From: an uncultured Simkaniaceae bacterium
Lineage (GTDB): Bacteria > Chlamydiota > Chlamydiia > Chlamydiales > Rhabdochlamydiaceae
Length of the DNA stretch: 64,000 nucleotides
NCBI GenBank assembly: GCA_963813105.1
Contig: CAWEXT010000003.1
Span: 31,790-95,789 of the forward strand
Direction: 5' to 3'
Positions 8,888 to 20,007 of this stretch are shown here, piece after piece; the stretch's first letter is position 1, and the number at the start of each line of letters is the position of its first letter. Under the pieces are notes generated by a model. That model was given only the letters and a program-made list of their open reading frames with translations. It was not told the DNA's origin and searched no databases. Made by a program: the position numbers and the translations under genes.

Positions 8888-10264
8888 GTGAGTTTTACCA
8901 ATATCCTTCGTCCTGCCCCTCATATCCCCCCAATCGAAGATGAAAACGCCGTCAAAGAAAACTATAAATATTGGCGTATGCGGATCTTCTTCGGAATGTA
9001 TATCGGCTATGTTTTCTACTATTTCACCCGTAAAAGTTTTACCTTTGCCATGCCCTCGCTCATGCAGGATCTCGGCTTTGAAAAAAGCGATATGGGGATC
9101 TTGGCGAGCATCATGGCCATTACTTATGGCCTAAGTAAATTCTTAAGCGGCGTTCTAGCCGACCGTTCAAATCCTCGATTCTTCATGGCATTTGGCCTTA
9201 TTATGACGGGGGTCGCGAATATTTGTTTTGGATTCTCTTCCAGCATTTTATTTTTTGCGCTTTTCTGGGGGCTTAATGGATGGTTCCAAGGATGGGGATG
9301 GCCTCCCTGCGCCCGCCTATTAACCCATTGGTATTCTCAGAAAGAACGGGGAACTTGGTGGGGCTTTTGGAATACGTCCCATAGTATCGGGGGAGCGGCG
9401 ATCCCGATTCTCGCTGCATTTTGCGCGACCTATTTCGGCTGGCGTTCGGCAATGTACGTACCCGGCGTTCTTTGCATCTTCATTGGTTTGCTTTTGATCA
9501 ATCGTCTACGCGATACCCCCCAATCGCTCGGACTTCCCCCGATTGAAAAATTTCGCAATGATTATCCCTATTCAAAAGAATCGGTCGAAAGAGAAAGGGA
9601 ATTGACCGCCAAGGAAATCCTCTTCAAATACGTCCTCAACAATCGGTATATCTGGATCCTGGCGTTCTCCTATTTCTTCGTCTATATGATCCGGCAAGGG
9701 ATCAACGATTGGGGCATGCTCTATCTATGCGAAATCAAAGGATATACAAAACTTTTTGCCAGCTCTTGCATTGTGAGTTTTGAGATCGGCGGCGTGTGCG
9801 GCAGTTTGGCTGCAGGCTGGGCGTCGGATAAGATCTTCAAAGGAAAGCGAGGTCCGATCAACGTACTCTTCAGCTTGCTCGTCATCTTCGCGATTCTCGG
9901 ATTGTGGTTTTCTCCGATGAATGCCGAATTGCTCGATTCGATCCTCATGTTCATCATCGGGTTCCTCATCTTTGGACCGCAGATGCTCATCGGCATGGCA
10001 GCAGCTGAGCTCTCTCATAAAAAGGCTGCAGGAAGTGCTACTGGTTTCATTGGTTGGGTGGCGTATTTAGGCGCGGCGACAGCCGGCTATCCTCTCAGCT
10101 TGATCACCCAACTCTGGGGTTGGGAAGCGTTCTTCATCGCTCTCGGCATAAGCGGCGTTGTGTCGGTCTTACTCCTTCTTCCTCTCTGGAAGGTCAAGAG
10201 CAATCCCAGATATCAAGACGTCACTGCACCAGCTCCTTTGAAGGAAACATCAGAACAAGCATAA
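8888..10264 (+). CDS. uhpC: Hexose-phosphate transporter, MFS organophosphate:Pi antiporter family (UhpC/GlpT-like)
   Basis: 458 aa, 12-TM-like, with a YWRMRIFFGMYIGYVFYYFTRKSF N-terminus and GLSKFLSGVLADRSNPR (MFS motif A). Sits next to dnaE, as in Chlamydia. GTG start. Confidence 0.85.
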   Translation: MSFTNILRPAPHIPPIEDENAVKENYKYWRMRIFFGMYIGYVFYYFTRKSFTFAMPSLMQDLGFEKSDMGILASIMAITYGLSKFLSGVLADRSNPRFFMAFGLIMTGVANICFGFSSSILFFALFWGLNGWFQGWGWPPCARLLTHWYSQKERGTWWGFWNTSHSIGGAAIPILAAFCATYFGWRSAMYVPGVLCIFIGLLLINRLRDTPQSLGLPPIEKFRNDYPYSKESVERERELTAKEILFKYVLNNRYIWILAFSYFFVYMIRQGINDWGMLYLCEIKGYTKLFASSCIVSFEIGGVCGSLAAGWASDKIFKGKRGPINVLFSLLVIFAILGLWFSPMNAELLDSILMFIIGFLIFGPQMLIGMAAAELSHKKAAGSATGFIGWVAYLGAATAGYPLSLITQLWGWEAFFIALGISGVVSVLLLLPLWKVKSNPRYQDVTAPAPLKETSEQA

Positions 10265-10304
10265 TAGTTCCTTCGGTATATAGTTCAGAAAAGGGGAGAT
10301 TTCC

Positions 10305-13300
10305 GTGACCTGGGTGCCGTTGCATGTTCGTTCGCAATTCTCCATCCTTTCTTCATCGGCTTCTGTACAGGCTCTTGTCGACCGGGCAAAAGAATGGGGG
10401 CTTCCTGCTTTTGCTCTTACCGATCAAGGAAATCTCTATGGCGCAGTCGAGTTTTATAAGGCTTGTAAAGCAGCGGGCATTCATCCCATCATCGGCTGCG
10501 AGCTGAGCGTTGCGCCGCAATCGCGCTTGGAAAAAAAGAAAATTCCCGGACATCCTAGCGGCTATCCCATCGTCCTTCTAGTCAAAGATCGCGAAGGCTA
10601 TACGAACCTTTGCAAGCTCAGTTCGAAAGGATTTCTCGAGGGTTTCTATTACACTCCACGCATCGACAAAGAACTCTTGAGACAGCATGCAAAAGGTCTG
10701 ATCTGTCTATCGGGTTCTTTAACAGGTTCCATCGCTTCATTAATCCTTCAGGGAAAAGACGAAGAGCTAGCAAAAGAGATCGAGTTTTATCGAGAAATCT
10801 TCGGCGATGATTATTATTTCGAAATCCAAAGACATCCGCTCGATCAGCAAAAAATCGACGCCTATCGGATCGAGCAGGAAGTGTGGTTCTATCAAAAGAT
10901 GCTCGATTTTCGAGAGAAAGAAAAACTCGTCGAAGAAAAACTCAAAGTCTTAAGCGATCAATGGAAGATCCCGCTCGTTGCGACGAATGATTCTCGTTAT
11001 CTCGAAACGGAAGATTGGAAAGCTCATGAGATCCTTGTGAATATTCTTTCGGGCGAACCTTGCGAGATTTGGGAGACGGATTCTCATGGCAATCCCAAAC
11101 AACGGATTCCAAATCCTAAACGCGATGTAGAGCCGACGTTGGAATATCCTTCAAATCTCCCGAGCAAATGGCCGCGCTTTTTCACGATCTGCCAAAGGCA
11201 GTGGAAGCGACGCAAAAAATCGCCGATGCTTGCACGTTCGAACTCGATTTCAAATCCAAGTTTTATCCTGTCTTCATTCCTCCAGAGCTGGAAGGCAAAT
11301 CGTACACGGCGAAATCGCGGCTTAAAGCAGTGGAAAACTATCTCAAGCAGCTATGCGAAGAAGGAATTCCCATCCGCTATACCCCTCAGGCGCTTGAAAA
11401 AGTGCAAGAAAAATTTCCCGGGAAAGAGCCCCTCGATGTCGTAAGAGAGCGGCTTGCCTATGAGCTCGAAGTGATTATCTCCAAAGGGATGTGCGACTAT
11501 CTGCTGATCGTTTACGATTTCATAGCTTGGGCCAAACGCAAGGCATCCCGATGGGTCCTGGACGCGGTTCGGGACTGGTTCGATCATTCTCTATCTGATC
11601 GGCATCACCGATATCGAACCGCTCCGCTTCAATCTTTTCTTCGAGCGATTCATCAATCCTGAGCGGATTTCCTATCCCGATATCGACGTCGACATCTGCA
11701 TGGATCGGCAGGCAGAGAAGTGATCGATTATATCGTCGCAAAATATGGCAAAGACAAGGTCGCTCAGATCATCACATTCGGCACGATGAAAGCGAAGATG
11801 GCGATCAAAGATGTCGGGCGCGTTCTTCAGCGTTCCTCTTGTCAAAGTCAATGCGATCGCCAAGCTCGTTCCCGAAGATCCCAACATGACGCTTGAAAAA
11901 GCGCTGGAGATCGATCCCGAACTGCACAATCGCTCTATCGAGACCGATGAGGAAGCGCGCGACGTTCATCGACATTGCCAAAAAGCTCGAAGGCTCGGTC
12001 CGCAATACCGGCATCCATGCGGCTGGGATCATCATCAGCGGCGATCCGCTCACCGACCATATCCCTGTCTGCACAGCGAAAGATTCTGAAATGGCCGTCA
12101 CGCAATATTCGATGAAGCCCGTCGAAGCGTCGGCATGCTGAAGATCGATTTTCTTGGGTTAAAAACGCTGACCTCGATCCAAAAACGCTGTCGATGCGAT
12201 TCAAAAAACGAAGAGGGATCGACATCGATTGGGTCAATTTTCCCCTCGACGACAAGGCGACATTTGATCTGCTGAACCAGGGCAAGACACTCGGGGTATT
12301 CCAGCTCGAGTCTGGCGGAATGCAGGATCTCTCGCAAACAGCTCCATATCGATACGTTTGAAGAGATCATCGCCGTCGGCGCCCTCTATCGTCCAGGCCC
12401 CATGGAGATGATCCCTTCGTTCATCAATCGCAAACATGGGCGAGAACCGATCGAAATCGACCATCCTCTCATGAAAGACATTCTCGCTGAGACCTACGGC
12501 ATCATGGTCTACCAAGAGCAGGTGATGCAGATCGCCAGCTACTTGCCGGATATACGCTTGGAGAGGGCGATGTGCTCCGCCGCGCCATGGGGAAAAAAGA
12601 CCAAGAAGAGATGGCCAGCCAGAGGGAGAAATTTCGACAAGGCGCTCTCGAACAAGGGAATCGACGAAGATGACGTCGATGCGTATTTTCGACAAGGTCG
12701 AAAAGTTTGCCTCCTACGGATTCAACAAATCCCATGCCGCAGCCTATGGCTATTTCACCTATGTCACCGCCTATTTAAAGGCAAATTATCCCGAGCGAAT
12801 GGATGGCCGCGCTCATGACCTGCGATCGGGACGATGATCTCGACAAAGTCGCAAAAATCATCCGCGAAGCCAGAGCTCTTGCAATTCGCCATTTTGCCTC
12901 CGGATGTCAACGAATCAGGAAAAGAATTTGTTGCGACTGCCAATGGAATTCGTTTTGCCATGGCCGGGATCAAAGGCGTTGGAGAAGGAGTCGTCGAAGT
13001 CATCATCTCGGAAAGAGAGTTGAAAGGAATTTTCTCCTCCTTCAACGAATTTTTGAAGAGAGTCGATACGCGCAAAATCGGCAAAAAAGCCATTGAGCAG
13101 CTCATCGAAGCCGGTGCATTTGATTTTACGAAACTCCCACGAAGCCGTTTGCTAAAGCAGCTCGATCCTCTCTATCAAGAAGCCTCGAAATCGCAGAAAG
13201 AAGCAGGCCTTGGAATTCTCACGCTCTTTTCCTTCGAAGACAAGCCACAGGATCCTGCTGAACTAGAACCACAAGAAAATTCCCCAACATCGCTGCTGCA

Positions 13301-14036
13301 GATTCTCAAAAAAGAAAAAGAGCTCCTTGGGTTTTATCTCACCGGCCATCCGCTCGATCAATACCGCGAAAAAATGAAAACGCTGTCTTGTGTCGATCTT
13401 GCGCAAGCTTTAGAAATGGACCACGATGCTGTTTTTCGCAGTATCTTCATCATCGAGAGCATTCAGATCAAACTCGCAAGCCGCAGTGGTCGCAAGTTCG
13501 CGATTCTCACAATTAGCGATGGTGAAGAACATCAAGAGCTTCCAATCTGGTCCGATCTCTACGAGACAAAATCCGCATTATTTCAGGAAGGCAAACTTCT
13601 CTATGGAGTTTTGCAGATCGACAAGCGGGATGGAACACCCAAATTGCAAAGCAAATGGGTCGATGATCTCGCTTGTGTCGATGAGGCGATGATCAAAGCA
13701 TGCGATGTTGCATATGATCGCGCAAAAAGACAGAGTCGATCTCCATCAGAAACAAAAGATTTTCGTTCCCGAGGAACCATGCCAAAATCCGAAGAAAAAA
13801 AGGGTCGTCTAGTCATTAAGATGCATTTAGACAAGGTGCGCCTTAGCCATATCATCGAACTAAAAAAAACCTTCCGGCGCCATAGCGGCAATCAGCCCAT
13901 CATCGTCCGGTTTCAGGAAGATGAGCATGTAAAAGGAGATCTTCATATCGATGCATCTTGGGGTGTGACGCTCAACCCTGAATTAGAAAAAGGGGTAAAA
14001 AACATTCCCTCCGTAATCCAATTTTCAGTAGAATAG
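10305..14036 (+). pseudogene. dnaE: DNA polymerase III alpha subunit, full length (~1243 codons) but interrupted by at least ten frameshifts between ~11.13 and ~12.89 kb; disruption is probably artefactual
   Basis: N-terminal PHP domain (VPLHVRSQFSILSSSASV..ALTDQGNLYGAVEFY). Recognisable DnaE peptides continue across all three frames ([98 protein letters not shown]). The 3' 1.2 kb is intact. Confidence 0.9.
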
Positions 14037-14042
14037 GTTCCT

Positions 14043-15020
14043 ATGCTTCGTATTACTTTAGCTTTTTTTCTTTGTTCGCTCGCTTCCGTGGATGCTGCCT
14101 ATGCCGTGAAAGATGGCAAGCTCATCCATCATGACAATCTCGCTACGATGTCGGTGCAAGAGCATCATGGCCTAGCCCTCGAGGCGCTTCATTCTCAGAA
14201 ATGGGAAGAGCTCATCAAGCAAGCGACGATCATCATAAAGAACTTTTCCGGCACCCCCTTTAGCCAGGAAGCGCAGTTTTTTCTTGGAAAAGGCTACCTA
14301 GAACTCAAAGATTACGATTTGGCTAACCGCCATTTTACCCAATATCTCAAAAGACAGGGCGCCCCGAAGCATTTCGTGGAAACCATGGAAGGCAAGCTTT
14401 GCATCGCCGAGAATTTCAGCAAAGGCGCCGGCAAACATCTCATGGGATGGGAAACGATGCCCAAGTGGCTTCCCGCCTATGATGAAGCTCTAAAAATCTT
14501 CGACGAAGTCGCTACCGCTATGCCCAATCACGAAATGGCGGCAAGAGCCCTCATGGGCAAATCGCTCCTTCTCTATCAGCAAGATGAATATAAATCGGGC
14601 ATCGAGCATCTGCATACCCTAATCCGAAGGTTTCCCAATAACGATTTGGCAGCCGAAGCTTTCATGGAGATCAACCGGTTTTACTTGAAACAAGTACAGA
14701 AGGAATTTCCCGATCCCGGCCTTCTCGAGCTTGCCGAAATCAATATGCGGAAATTTTATGCAGAATTCCCCGGAGATCGCCGTCTAGAAACAGCGCAAAA
14801 TCATCTCCATGAGATGCAGGAACTCTTCGCAGAACGGCTTTTCGATACCGGCCAATTTTTCGAAAGAACGAAAAAACCCCACGCCGCTCTCATTTACTAC
14901 GCAAGAATCCAGCGAGATTTTCCAGTGACGCAAGTCGCCAAACGTGCGCAAGGAAGAATTGCAGTATTGAAGCCTGAGACCCCAGCGTCAGGCGAGATCG
15001 TCAAGAATGAAACCAAGTAA
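14043..15020 (+). CDS. Secreted TPR-repeat protein, BamD/YfiO-like outer-membrane assembly factor candidate
   Basis: Signal peptide (MLRITLAFFLCSLASVDAAYA). Repeated helical A/Y/L-rich TPR-like units. Lies immediately downstream of dnaE. Assignment rests on architecture and position only. Confidence 0.45.
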   Translation: MLRITLAFFLCSLASVDAAYAVKDGKLIHHDNLATMSVQEHHGLALEALHSQKWEELIKQATIIIKNFSGTPFSQEAQFFLGKGYLELKDYDLANRHFTQYLKRQGAPKHFVETMEGKLCIAENFSKGAGKHLMGWETMPKWLPAYDEALKIFDEVATAMPNHEMAARALMGKSLLLYQQDEYKSGIEHLHTLIRRFPNNDLAAEAFMEINRFYLKQVQKEFPDPGLLELAEINMRKFYAEFPGDRRLETAQNHLHEMQELFAERLFDTGQFFERTKKPHAALIYYARIQRDFPVTQVAKRAQGRIAVLKPETPASGEIVKNETK

Positions 15021-15600
15021 CTATTTACCCGCGCTCCTGCTCCTTTTCTCCTCTTGTGGTTATCGGTTCGATGGTCCCTCTTTAAAGGATGGGACCGCTA
15101 CGTTGACCATTCCTTATGTCGACGGCGATATCAACGGCCAACTCACCGATGAACTCGTACGGGCCTTTGCCTCCTCAGGATGTTATCGGTATCGAGATAG
15201 TAACGGAAGGCTCGAACTTCGCGTCTCGCTCAAGGAGAAAAAGACCGATCCCATCGGCTGGCGGCGACAAAGAAAAATCGATGGGGAACTGCAAAAGGAA
15301 TTGATCGATATCGAAAGAAGATTCCACCTCATCGCCAATGTGGAGCTCGTCGATACCGCTACGGAAGAAGTCCTCTTCGGTCCAATCATGATCAGCGCGA
15401 ATGAAGATTACGATTATGTCGAGCCCGAGAACATCCGCGATCTCAGTTTCATCGATTCAGCAGGTGTCAGGCAAACCTCCATCCAATTTTCCTTGGGACA
15501 GCTCGACTCGACCGAAGGAGCTTATGATGATGCCTATCTCCCAGTAAGTCGAAAGTTGGCTAAAAAAATTGTTGACCGCATTTTGCGCGCAAGGTACTAA
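15007..15600 (+). CDS. Lipoprotein, LptE-like candidate
   Basis: Lipobox-like LLFSSC followed by GYRFDG, resembling LptE N-termini (CG-aromatic-x-L/F-R/D-G). 197 aa. Overlaps the upstream gene by 14 nt. Confidence 0.4.
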   Translation: MKPSNYLPALLLLFSSCGYRFDGPSLKDGTATLTIPYVDGDINGQLTDELVRAFASSGCYRYRDSNGRLELRVSLKEKKTDPIGWRRQRKIDGELQKELIDIERRFHLIANVELVDTATEEVLFGPIMISANEDYDYVEPENIRDLSFIDSAGVRQTSIQFSLGQLDSTEGAYDDAYLPVSRKLAKKIVDRILRARY

Positions 15601-15636
15601 TGGGTTTTATCGAATCTTTAAAAACCCGTTATCGAA

Positions 15637-16062
15637 ATGCAGGCTCATATCGCATTTTCAGCGCGCATTGAAAACCTCGAACCCATGATCGCTTGGGTAC
15701 GCGAGAGAATCGAAAGTTCACCCTTCAAAGAAGCCGAACGCCGTAGAATCGAACTCGCTATGGAAGAGGCACTTGTCAATGTCATCATCCATGCATACCC
15801 GAGGCGGTCTTCGAAAGCTATCGTAGAAATTATCGTCCAAGGATTGAGCGATCAGCAGATCGAATTCAAGATCATCGACAAGGGACTTCCCTTCAATCCC
15901 TTATTGCAATCTTCAAAATGCAATCCTTATGCAGGGCTGGAAGAACGTGAGGAAGGGGGGCTCGGTATCCATTTCATGCGACAGTGCATGGACGAGGTTC
16001 ATTATGAAAGGCACCATCCCTTCAATATTCTGACTTTGATCAAAAAAGCCGAGAAAAGTTAG
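15637..16062 (+). CDS. rsbW: Anti-sigma factor / serine protein kinase of the partner-switching type (RsbW-like, HATPase_c)
   Basis: 141 aa with an EEALVNVIIHAY N-box and a GGLGIHFMRQCMDEV G-box. Confidence 0.8.
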   Translation: MQAHIAFSARIENLEPMIAWVRERIESSPFKEAERRRIELAMEEALVNVIIHAYPRRSSKAIVEIIVQGLSDQQIEFKIIDKGLPFNPLLQSSKCNPYAGLEEREEGGLGIHFMRQCMDEVHYERHHPFNILTLIKKAEKS

Positions 16063-16496
16063 CTCTTCTTTTTGCCGATTGAAGAAATGACGGCCTCGGT
16101 GTCGAGCACTTCAGAAATGAAGTGTTGTAAGACCTTGAGGATGTACTTCGGTGTATTATAAACGCCTGTCGTAGAAAAGACGATCTCGAGGTGGGGCTTA
16201 GTGCTATTGTTCAAAAAGGCGATGAAGGTCAAGGTCGTCGGCTGTTCATCGATGACTTTTGGCACGATCCACACTGCGAACTGCTGATTGAAGAGAGTGA
16301 CTTTCTCTTGCGTCTCCAGCACATGGAAGAAATGCGCGAAGGTATCGCTGGAGCTCTGCTCGAAGTGAGCATGGTGCAAGAGACCTAGCTCATTGAGCAA
16401 TGTCAAATTCACCGGAATAACGCCATCAGGAACCCACTTACTAAAGTTCTCACTGAATTCCTTAAAAGCCTCTTCAAGTTCTGCTGGGCTGATCAT
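16059..16496 (-). CDS. Hypothetical protein (145 aa)
   Basis: Clean ORF converging on rsbW (4-nt overlap). No motif recognised. Confidence 0.45.
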   Translation of the reverse strand: MISPAELEEAFKEFSENFSKWVPDGVIPVNLTLLNELGLLHHAHFEQSSSDTFAHFFHVLETQEKVTLFNQQFAVWIVPKVIDEQPTTLTFIAFLNNSTKPHLEIVFSTTGVYNTPKYILKVLQHFISEVLDTEAVISSIGKKKS

Positions 16497-16785
16497 TGAT
16501 TCTCCACGAGTTATTCGGCTCGACCGGTACCCTCATTTTATCGTGCCACAGGCCACCTTGTCAAGCAGCGCTGCCGAAAACCCTAAGGAAGCAGCTCACC
16601 TTTTTTTTCGCAATACCTACTCAAAAAAACTGAAAAAAAAATTTCGGAGAAAAAAACTCAAAGTGGAAGAATTGCTGCCGAAGTCGATCTCTCTTAATTA
16701 TTTACCTTTGATGCCCGCTTAAGGCATATTGACCCATGCTCATCGAAAAAAAGTTAAATCTGGTACAAGGACATCATAACTTTTC

Positions 16786-18084
16786 ATGAAAACGACGTGG
16801 ATTTTTGCCATTTTTGTGTGGACATCGGCTCTATCTGCAGGGCAACTTCGCGTTCCCGTCCGTGCGGAAGCGGCTCTTCTCCTCAATGCAGAGACAGGTG
16901 CGATCCTCTATGAAAAAAATGGCGATCAGCCCCGCGCGCCTGGCAGCATTACCAAAATTGCTACCCTCTGGTACATCCTGGAAAAATATGGACATCGTCT
17001 CGATGAAACGGTGGTCGTCCCTAAGCTAGCCCTCGATTTCTGTACGACGCGACTAAAGAGAGCCTTTCCCGAGAAATATCCCTCCTATCTCCATGAAGAG
17101 GGAAGCACGAAAATGAACTTGAAGCTCGGTGAAAAAGTGCCCATGCGCACGCTTCTGCATGGCCTCATGATGGTATCCGCGAATGATGCTGCCAATGCCC
17201 TCGCCCTCCATCTTGGCGGCACGATCGAGCAGTTTATGGGGGATCTCAACCAATTCCTCAGAGAGAAGGGGATCAAAGACACCTGGTTCTTGAATCCTCA
17301 TGGTCTTCATGGAGAAAAGCACCTAACAACGGCTAAAGAGATAGCCCAAATCACCGCTATGGCGATCCGCCATCCACAGTTCAATACGTATTTCACAGCG
17401 AAAACCTATGAAAAAGCCGCTACCAATATACAGCCTCCGGCCTTGATCAAACAGTTTAACCGCATGATCCTTCCCGGAAGGTATTTCTATCCCAAAGCCA
17501 TTGGGGGCAAAACAGGGCATCATTCGAAAGCAGGGTTTACCTATGTAGCCGTAGCAAAACATGGCGAGCGAACGTTAATTGCGGTTCTGCTCAATAACAA
17601 GGAAGTGAATGATCGCTATATCGATACTAAAGCCTTATTCGAAGCCGCTTTTAACGAGAAAAAGCAGATACGCACCCTCCTTACAGAGCAATACGATCAA
17701 TTTTCTCTTCCTCTAAAGGGGGCTAAACAACCCAACCTTTTGGCGAAATTGACCGCGGATCTCAAGCTCCAATACTATCCTTCAGAAGAGCCGAAGCTCA
17801 AATCCAGCATCCAATGGGTGTTGCCCAGATTCCCCATTCAAGCAGGGCAGAATGTCGGCGACCTCGTGCTTCAGGATGAAAAAGGTCGTATCGTCTTGCG
17901 CCGTCCTATTGTCGCAATGAACACTGTCGAGCCGACCTTTTTTAAACAAGGCAGCAGTATTCTTGGCAAGCTCATCAGCTCCAAGAGGACATTGCCGCTT
18001 TTGACGATGATGGGAGCGGTGAGCCTGGCTTCTGGCGGGATTCTTTGGGTTCTCAACAAGAGAAAACGGCCTCGTAAAAAGTGA
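16786..18084 (+). CDS. D-alanyl-D-alanine carboxypeptidase (class C low-MW PBP, PBP5/6-like)
   Basis: Signal peptide. SxxK (GSITKIAT), SxN (VSANDAA) and KTG (GGKTGHH) motifs in the correct order. C-terminal membrane anchor. Confidence 0.88.
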   Translation: MKTTWIFAIFVWTSALSAGQLRVPVRAEAALLLNAETGAILYEKNGDQPRAPGSITKIATLWYILEKYGHRLDETVVVPKLALDFCTTRLKRAFPEKYPSYLHEEGSTKMNLKLGEKVPMRTLLHGLMMVSANDAANALALHLGGTIEQFMGDLNQFLREKGIKDTWFLNPHGLHGEKHLTTAKEIAQITAMAIRHPQFNTYFTAKTYEKAATNIQPPALIKQFNRMILPGRYFYPKAIGGKTGHHSKAGFTYVAVAKHGERTLIAVLLNNKEVNDRYIDTKALFEAAFNEKKQIRTLLTEQYDQFSLPLKGAKQPNLLAKLTADLKLQYYPSEEPKLKSSIQWVLPRFPIQAGQNVGDLVLQDEKGRIVLRRPIVAMNTVEPTFFKQGSSILGKLISSKRTLPLLTMMGAVSLASGGILWVLNKRKRPRKK

Positions 18085-18886
18085 GGAATTGCTCCATTGA
18101 GAGCTCCTCAGGACGCGCCTCTGCAGCAATGCCCGTGCGCTCGAATATCGCGGGAATTCTATCTGTTTCTACAAGACCTTTCAATGAAGAGCGGAGCATT
18201 TTGCGTCGTTTGCCGAAGACCGTGCGAAGAAGCTTTTCGAATTTCACAGGGTCGACTTTGGCAAGGGGGGCGTGAAGCAGTAATTGCACTACAGCCGACG
18301 TCACAGAAGGTTTGGGATAAAAGCAGCTCGGTGAGACGTCGAAGCAATACCGGGGATCGCTGAAGAGACGGACAAAAAGTGAGAGAGAGCTCGTATTCTT
18401 AGTTCCGGGTAGTGCCGTCATCCTCTGGCCCACTTCTTTTTGCACCATGACAGTCAGGCTTTCAAGCTGGTGATGAAGCGGCAAAAAGCGCTCGATGAGA
18501 GGCGTCGTCAAATGATAGGGAAGGTTCGAAACGAGCTTGGCCCGTTTGCCTTTAGAAAAAAGCTTCTTTAGATCGGTCTTAAGCGCATCTTCTTGAAAGA
18601 CTGTTAGACGATGGTCGGGGGTTTGCAGACGCTCGAGAAGCTTGGCAAACTTCCTGTCCAATTCGATGGCGATCACAGAGGCTCCCTGTTCTAGAAGCGC
18701 TTCCGTCAAAGCTCCAGGCCCCGGGCCTATCTCGATGATCGCATCCCCTTCTTCCACTCGGGCAGCGGCCAAGATTTTCCGGATGATGTTCCCATCGATG
18801 AGGAAATTCTGGGATAAGCCCTTTAGTGCAGCGACTCCTTCAACTTCGAGAAACTCTTTAAGTTCGCTGGGCCTAAAAATCCTCAT
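18053..18886 (-). CDS. rsmA: 16S rRNA (adenine1518/1519-N6)-dimethyltransferase
   Basis: LSQNFLID, the SAM motif IIEIGPGPGALT, and NLPYHLTTP. Confidence 0.9.
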   Translation of the reverse strand: MRIFRPSELKEFLEVEGVAALKGLSQNFLIDGNIIRKILAAARVEEGDAIIEIGPGPGALTEALLEQGASVIAIELDRKFAKLLERLQTPDHRLTVFQEDALKTDLKKLFSKGKRAKLVSNLPYHLTTPLIERFLPLHHQLESLTVMVQKEVGQRMTALPGTKNTSSLSLFVRLFSDPRYCFDVSPSCFYPKPSVTSAVVQLLLHAPLAKVDPVKFEKLLRTVFGKRRKMLRSSLKGLVETDRIPAIFERTGIAAEARPEELSMEQFLTFYEAVFSC

Positions 18887-20007
18887 TGCTTGGTCGCGAA
18901 TTCCAAAGAGAACGGTTCGAAATGCGAGGGAAGCTCTTCTTGGACCAAAAAATGGCCATAGCGCTGTCTAAGTTTATTCTTATAGGCGAGGTCTTCTCTT
19001 TGCATCACTTCTTCGATTCTCTTCTGTTGAAGCTTATCTTTGAGTTCCTGGAAAGCCGGGGCTGCTTTGACCCCATGCTGTTTTAGATAGAAGATCCTCT
19101 GCACAGGATTTTTCTCATTGCCGCCGCCGCTGATCTGCAAGATGGGCTGGCTGCATTCTCCATCTTTCAAACCTTCCAGACCTTTGCGATGCGCCTGAGA
19201 GATCGATCGTTCTGTGGCTATGAGTTCATCAGAGATGACGAAGGAAATCGCCTCATTTTGTTTTTTCCTCTCTTCGAGAGTATTCTTAAGCGCGGCGAAA
19301 TCGCTTTTTGCACCATGTAAGAGGGTATACGCTTCGCGTGCAATCTGCTCGGACATCTGGGCTTCGGGAGTGCGGATGGAAATGACCTGATAGGTCCAAG
19401 TTTCCTCGCTCGGATGCTTCGTCAGATAGTCTTTATACTCATCGCGAACGTCTTGGGGACCCACTTGCTGTAGGGACTTCGATTGCACTTTGAACCAGGT
19501 CATCCTTTGCAGAATGAGCTCATCCTTGGTAATTTTCTTCGCTTCTTCATAGGTGAGGCCGCATCTATCCAGCGTGGCCATGACATTCGGCCCGAACTTT
19601 TGCAAAATCGCTTCGCGGACATCGCCTTCTGTGATTTTGAGATCCTTCTCTCCCACATCGTTCAAGACAAGCTCGGAATCGATCATCTGTTCGAAGACCG
19701 CCCGCCAATTCGAGGAATAGAATTGGTAACGAAGAAGCCTCGACTCCATGGCCTGTGGGTAGTTGGCCGTGAGAAAGATATCCATCTTCTTGACCACATC
19801 AAGAACCGAGATCGTCTTGCTGCCGACCTTAGCTAAGATCCGGTTATAGATGATGATGTCTTGGGGTTCTTCGTAAGCAGCGGGAGATGGCATATCTGCC
19901 TGCAATAGGGATCCGACGAGAAGAAATGCGATAGAGAGCGATCGAGTGAACATAGGTTTCCTCTTAATAATCCTGCTACTATAAAGCTTTTTGTAAAATG
20001 ACGCCAA
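18883..20007 (-). CDS. Periplasmic SurA-N-domain-like chaperone candidate
   Basis: Internal Met followed by a signal peptide (MFTRSLSIAFLLVGSLLQA). SurA-like N-terminal pattern (IYNRILAKVGSKTISVLDVVKKMD). No clear PPIase catalytic signature. Confidence 0.4.
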   Translation of the reverse strand: MASFYKKLYSSRIIKRKPMFTRSLSIAFLLVGSLLQADMPSPAAYEEPQDIIIYNRILAKVGSKTISVLDVVKKMDIFLTANYPQAMESRLLRYQFYSSNWRAVFEQMIDSELVLNDVGEKDLKITEGDVREAILQKFGPNVMATLDRCGLTYEEAKKITKDELILQRMTWFKVQSKSLQQVGPQDVRDEYKDYLTKHPSEETWTYQVISIRTPEAQMSEQIAREAYTLLHGAKSDFAALKNTLEERKKQNEAISFVISDELIATERSISQAHRKGLEGLKDGECSQPILQISGGGNEKNPVQRIFYLKQHGVKAAPAFQELKDKLQQKRIEEVMQREDLAYKNKLRQRYGHFLVQEELPSHFEPFSLEFATKQ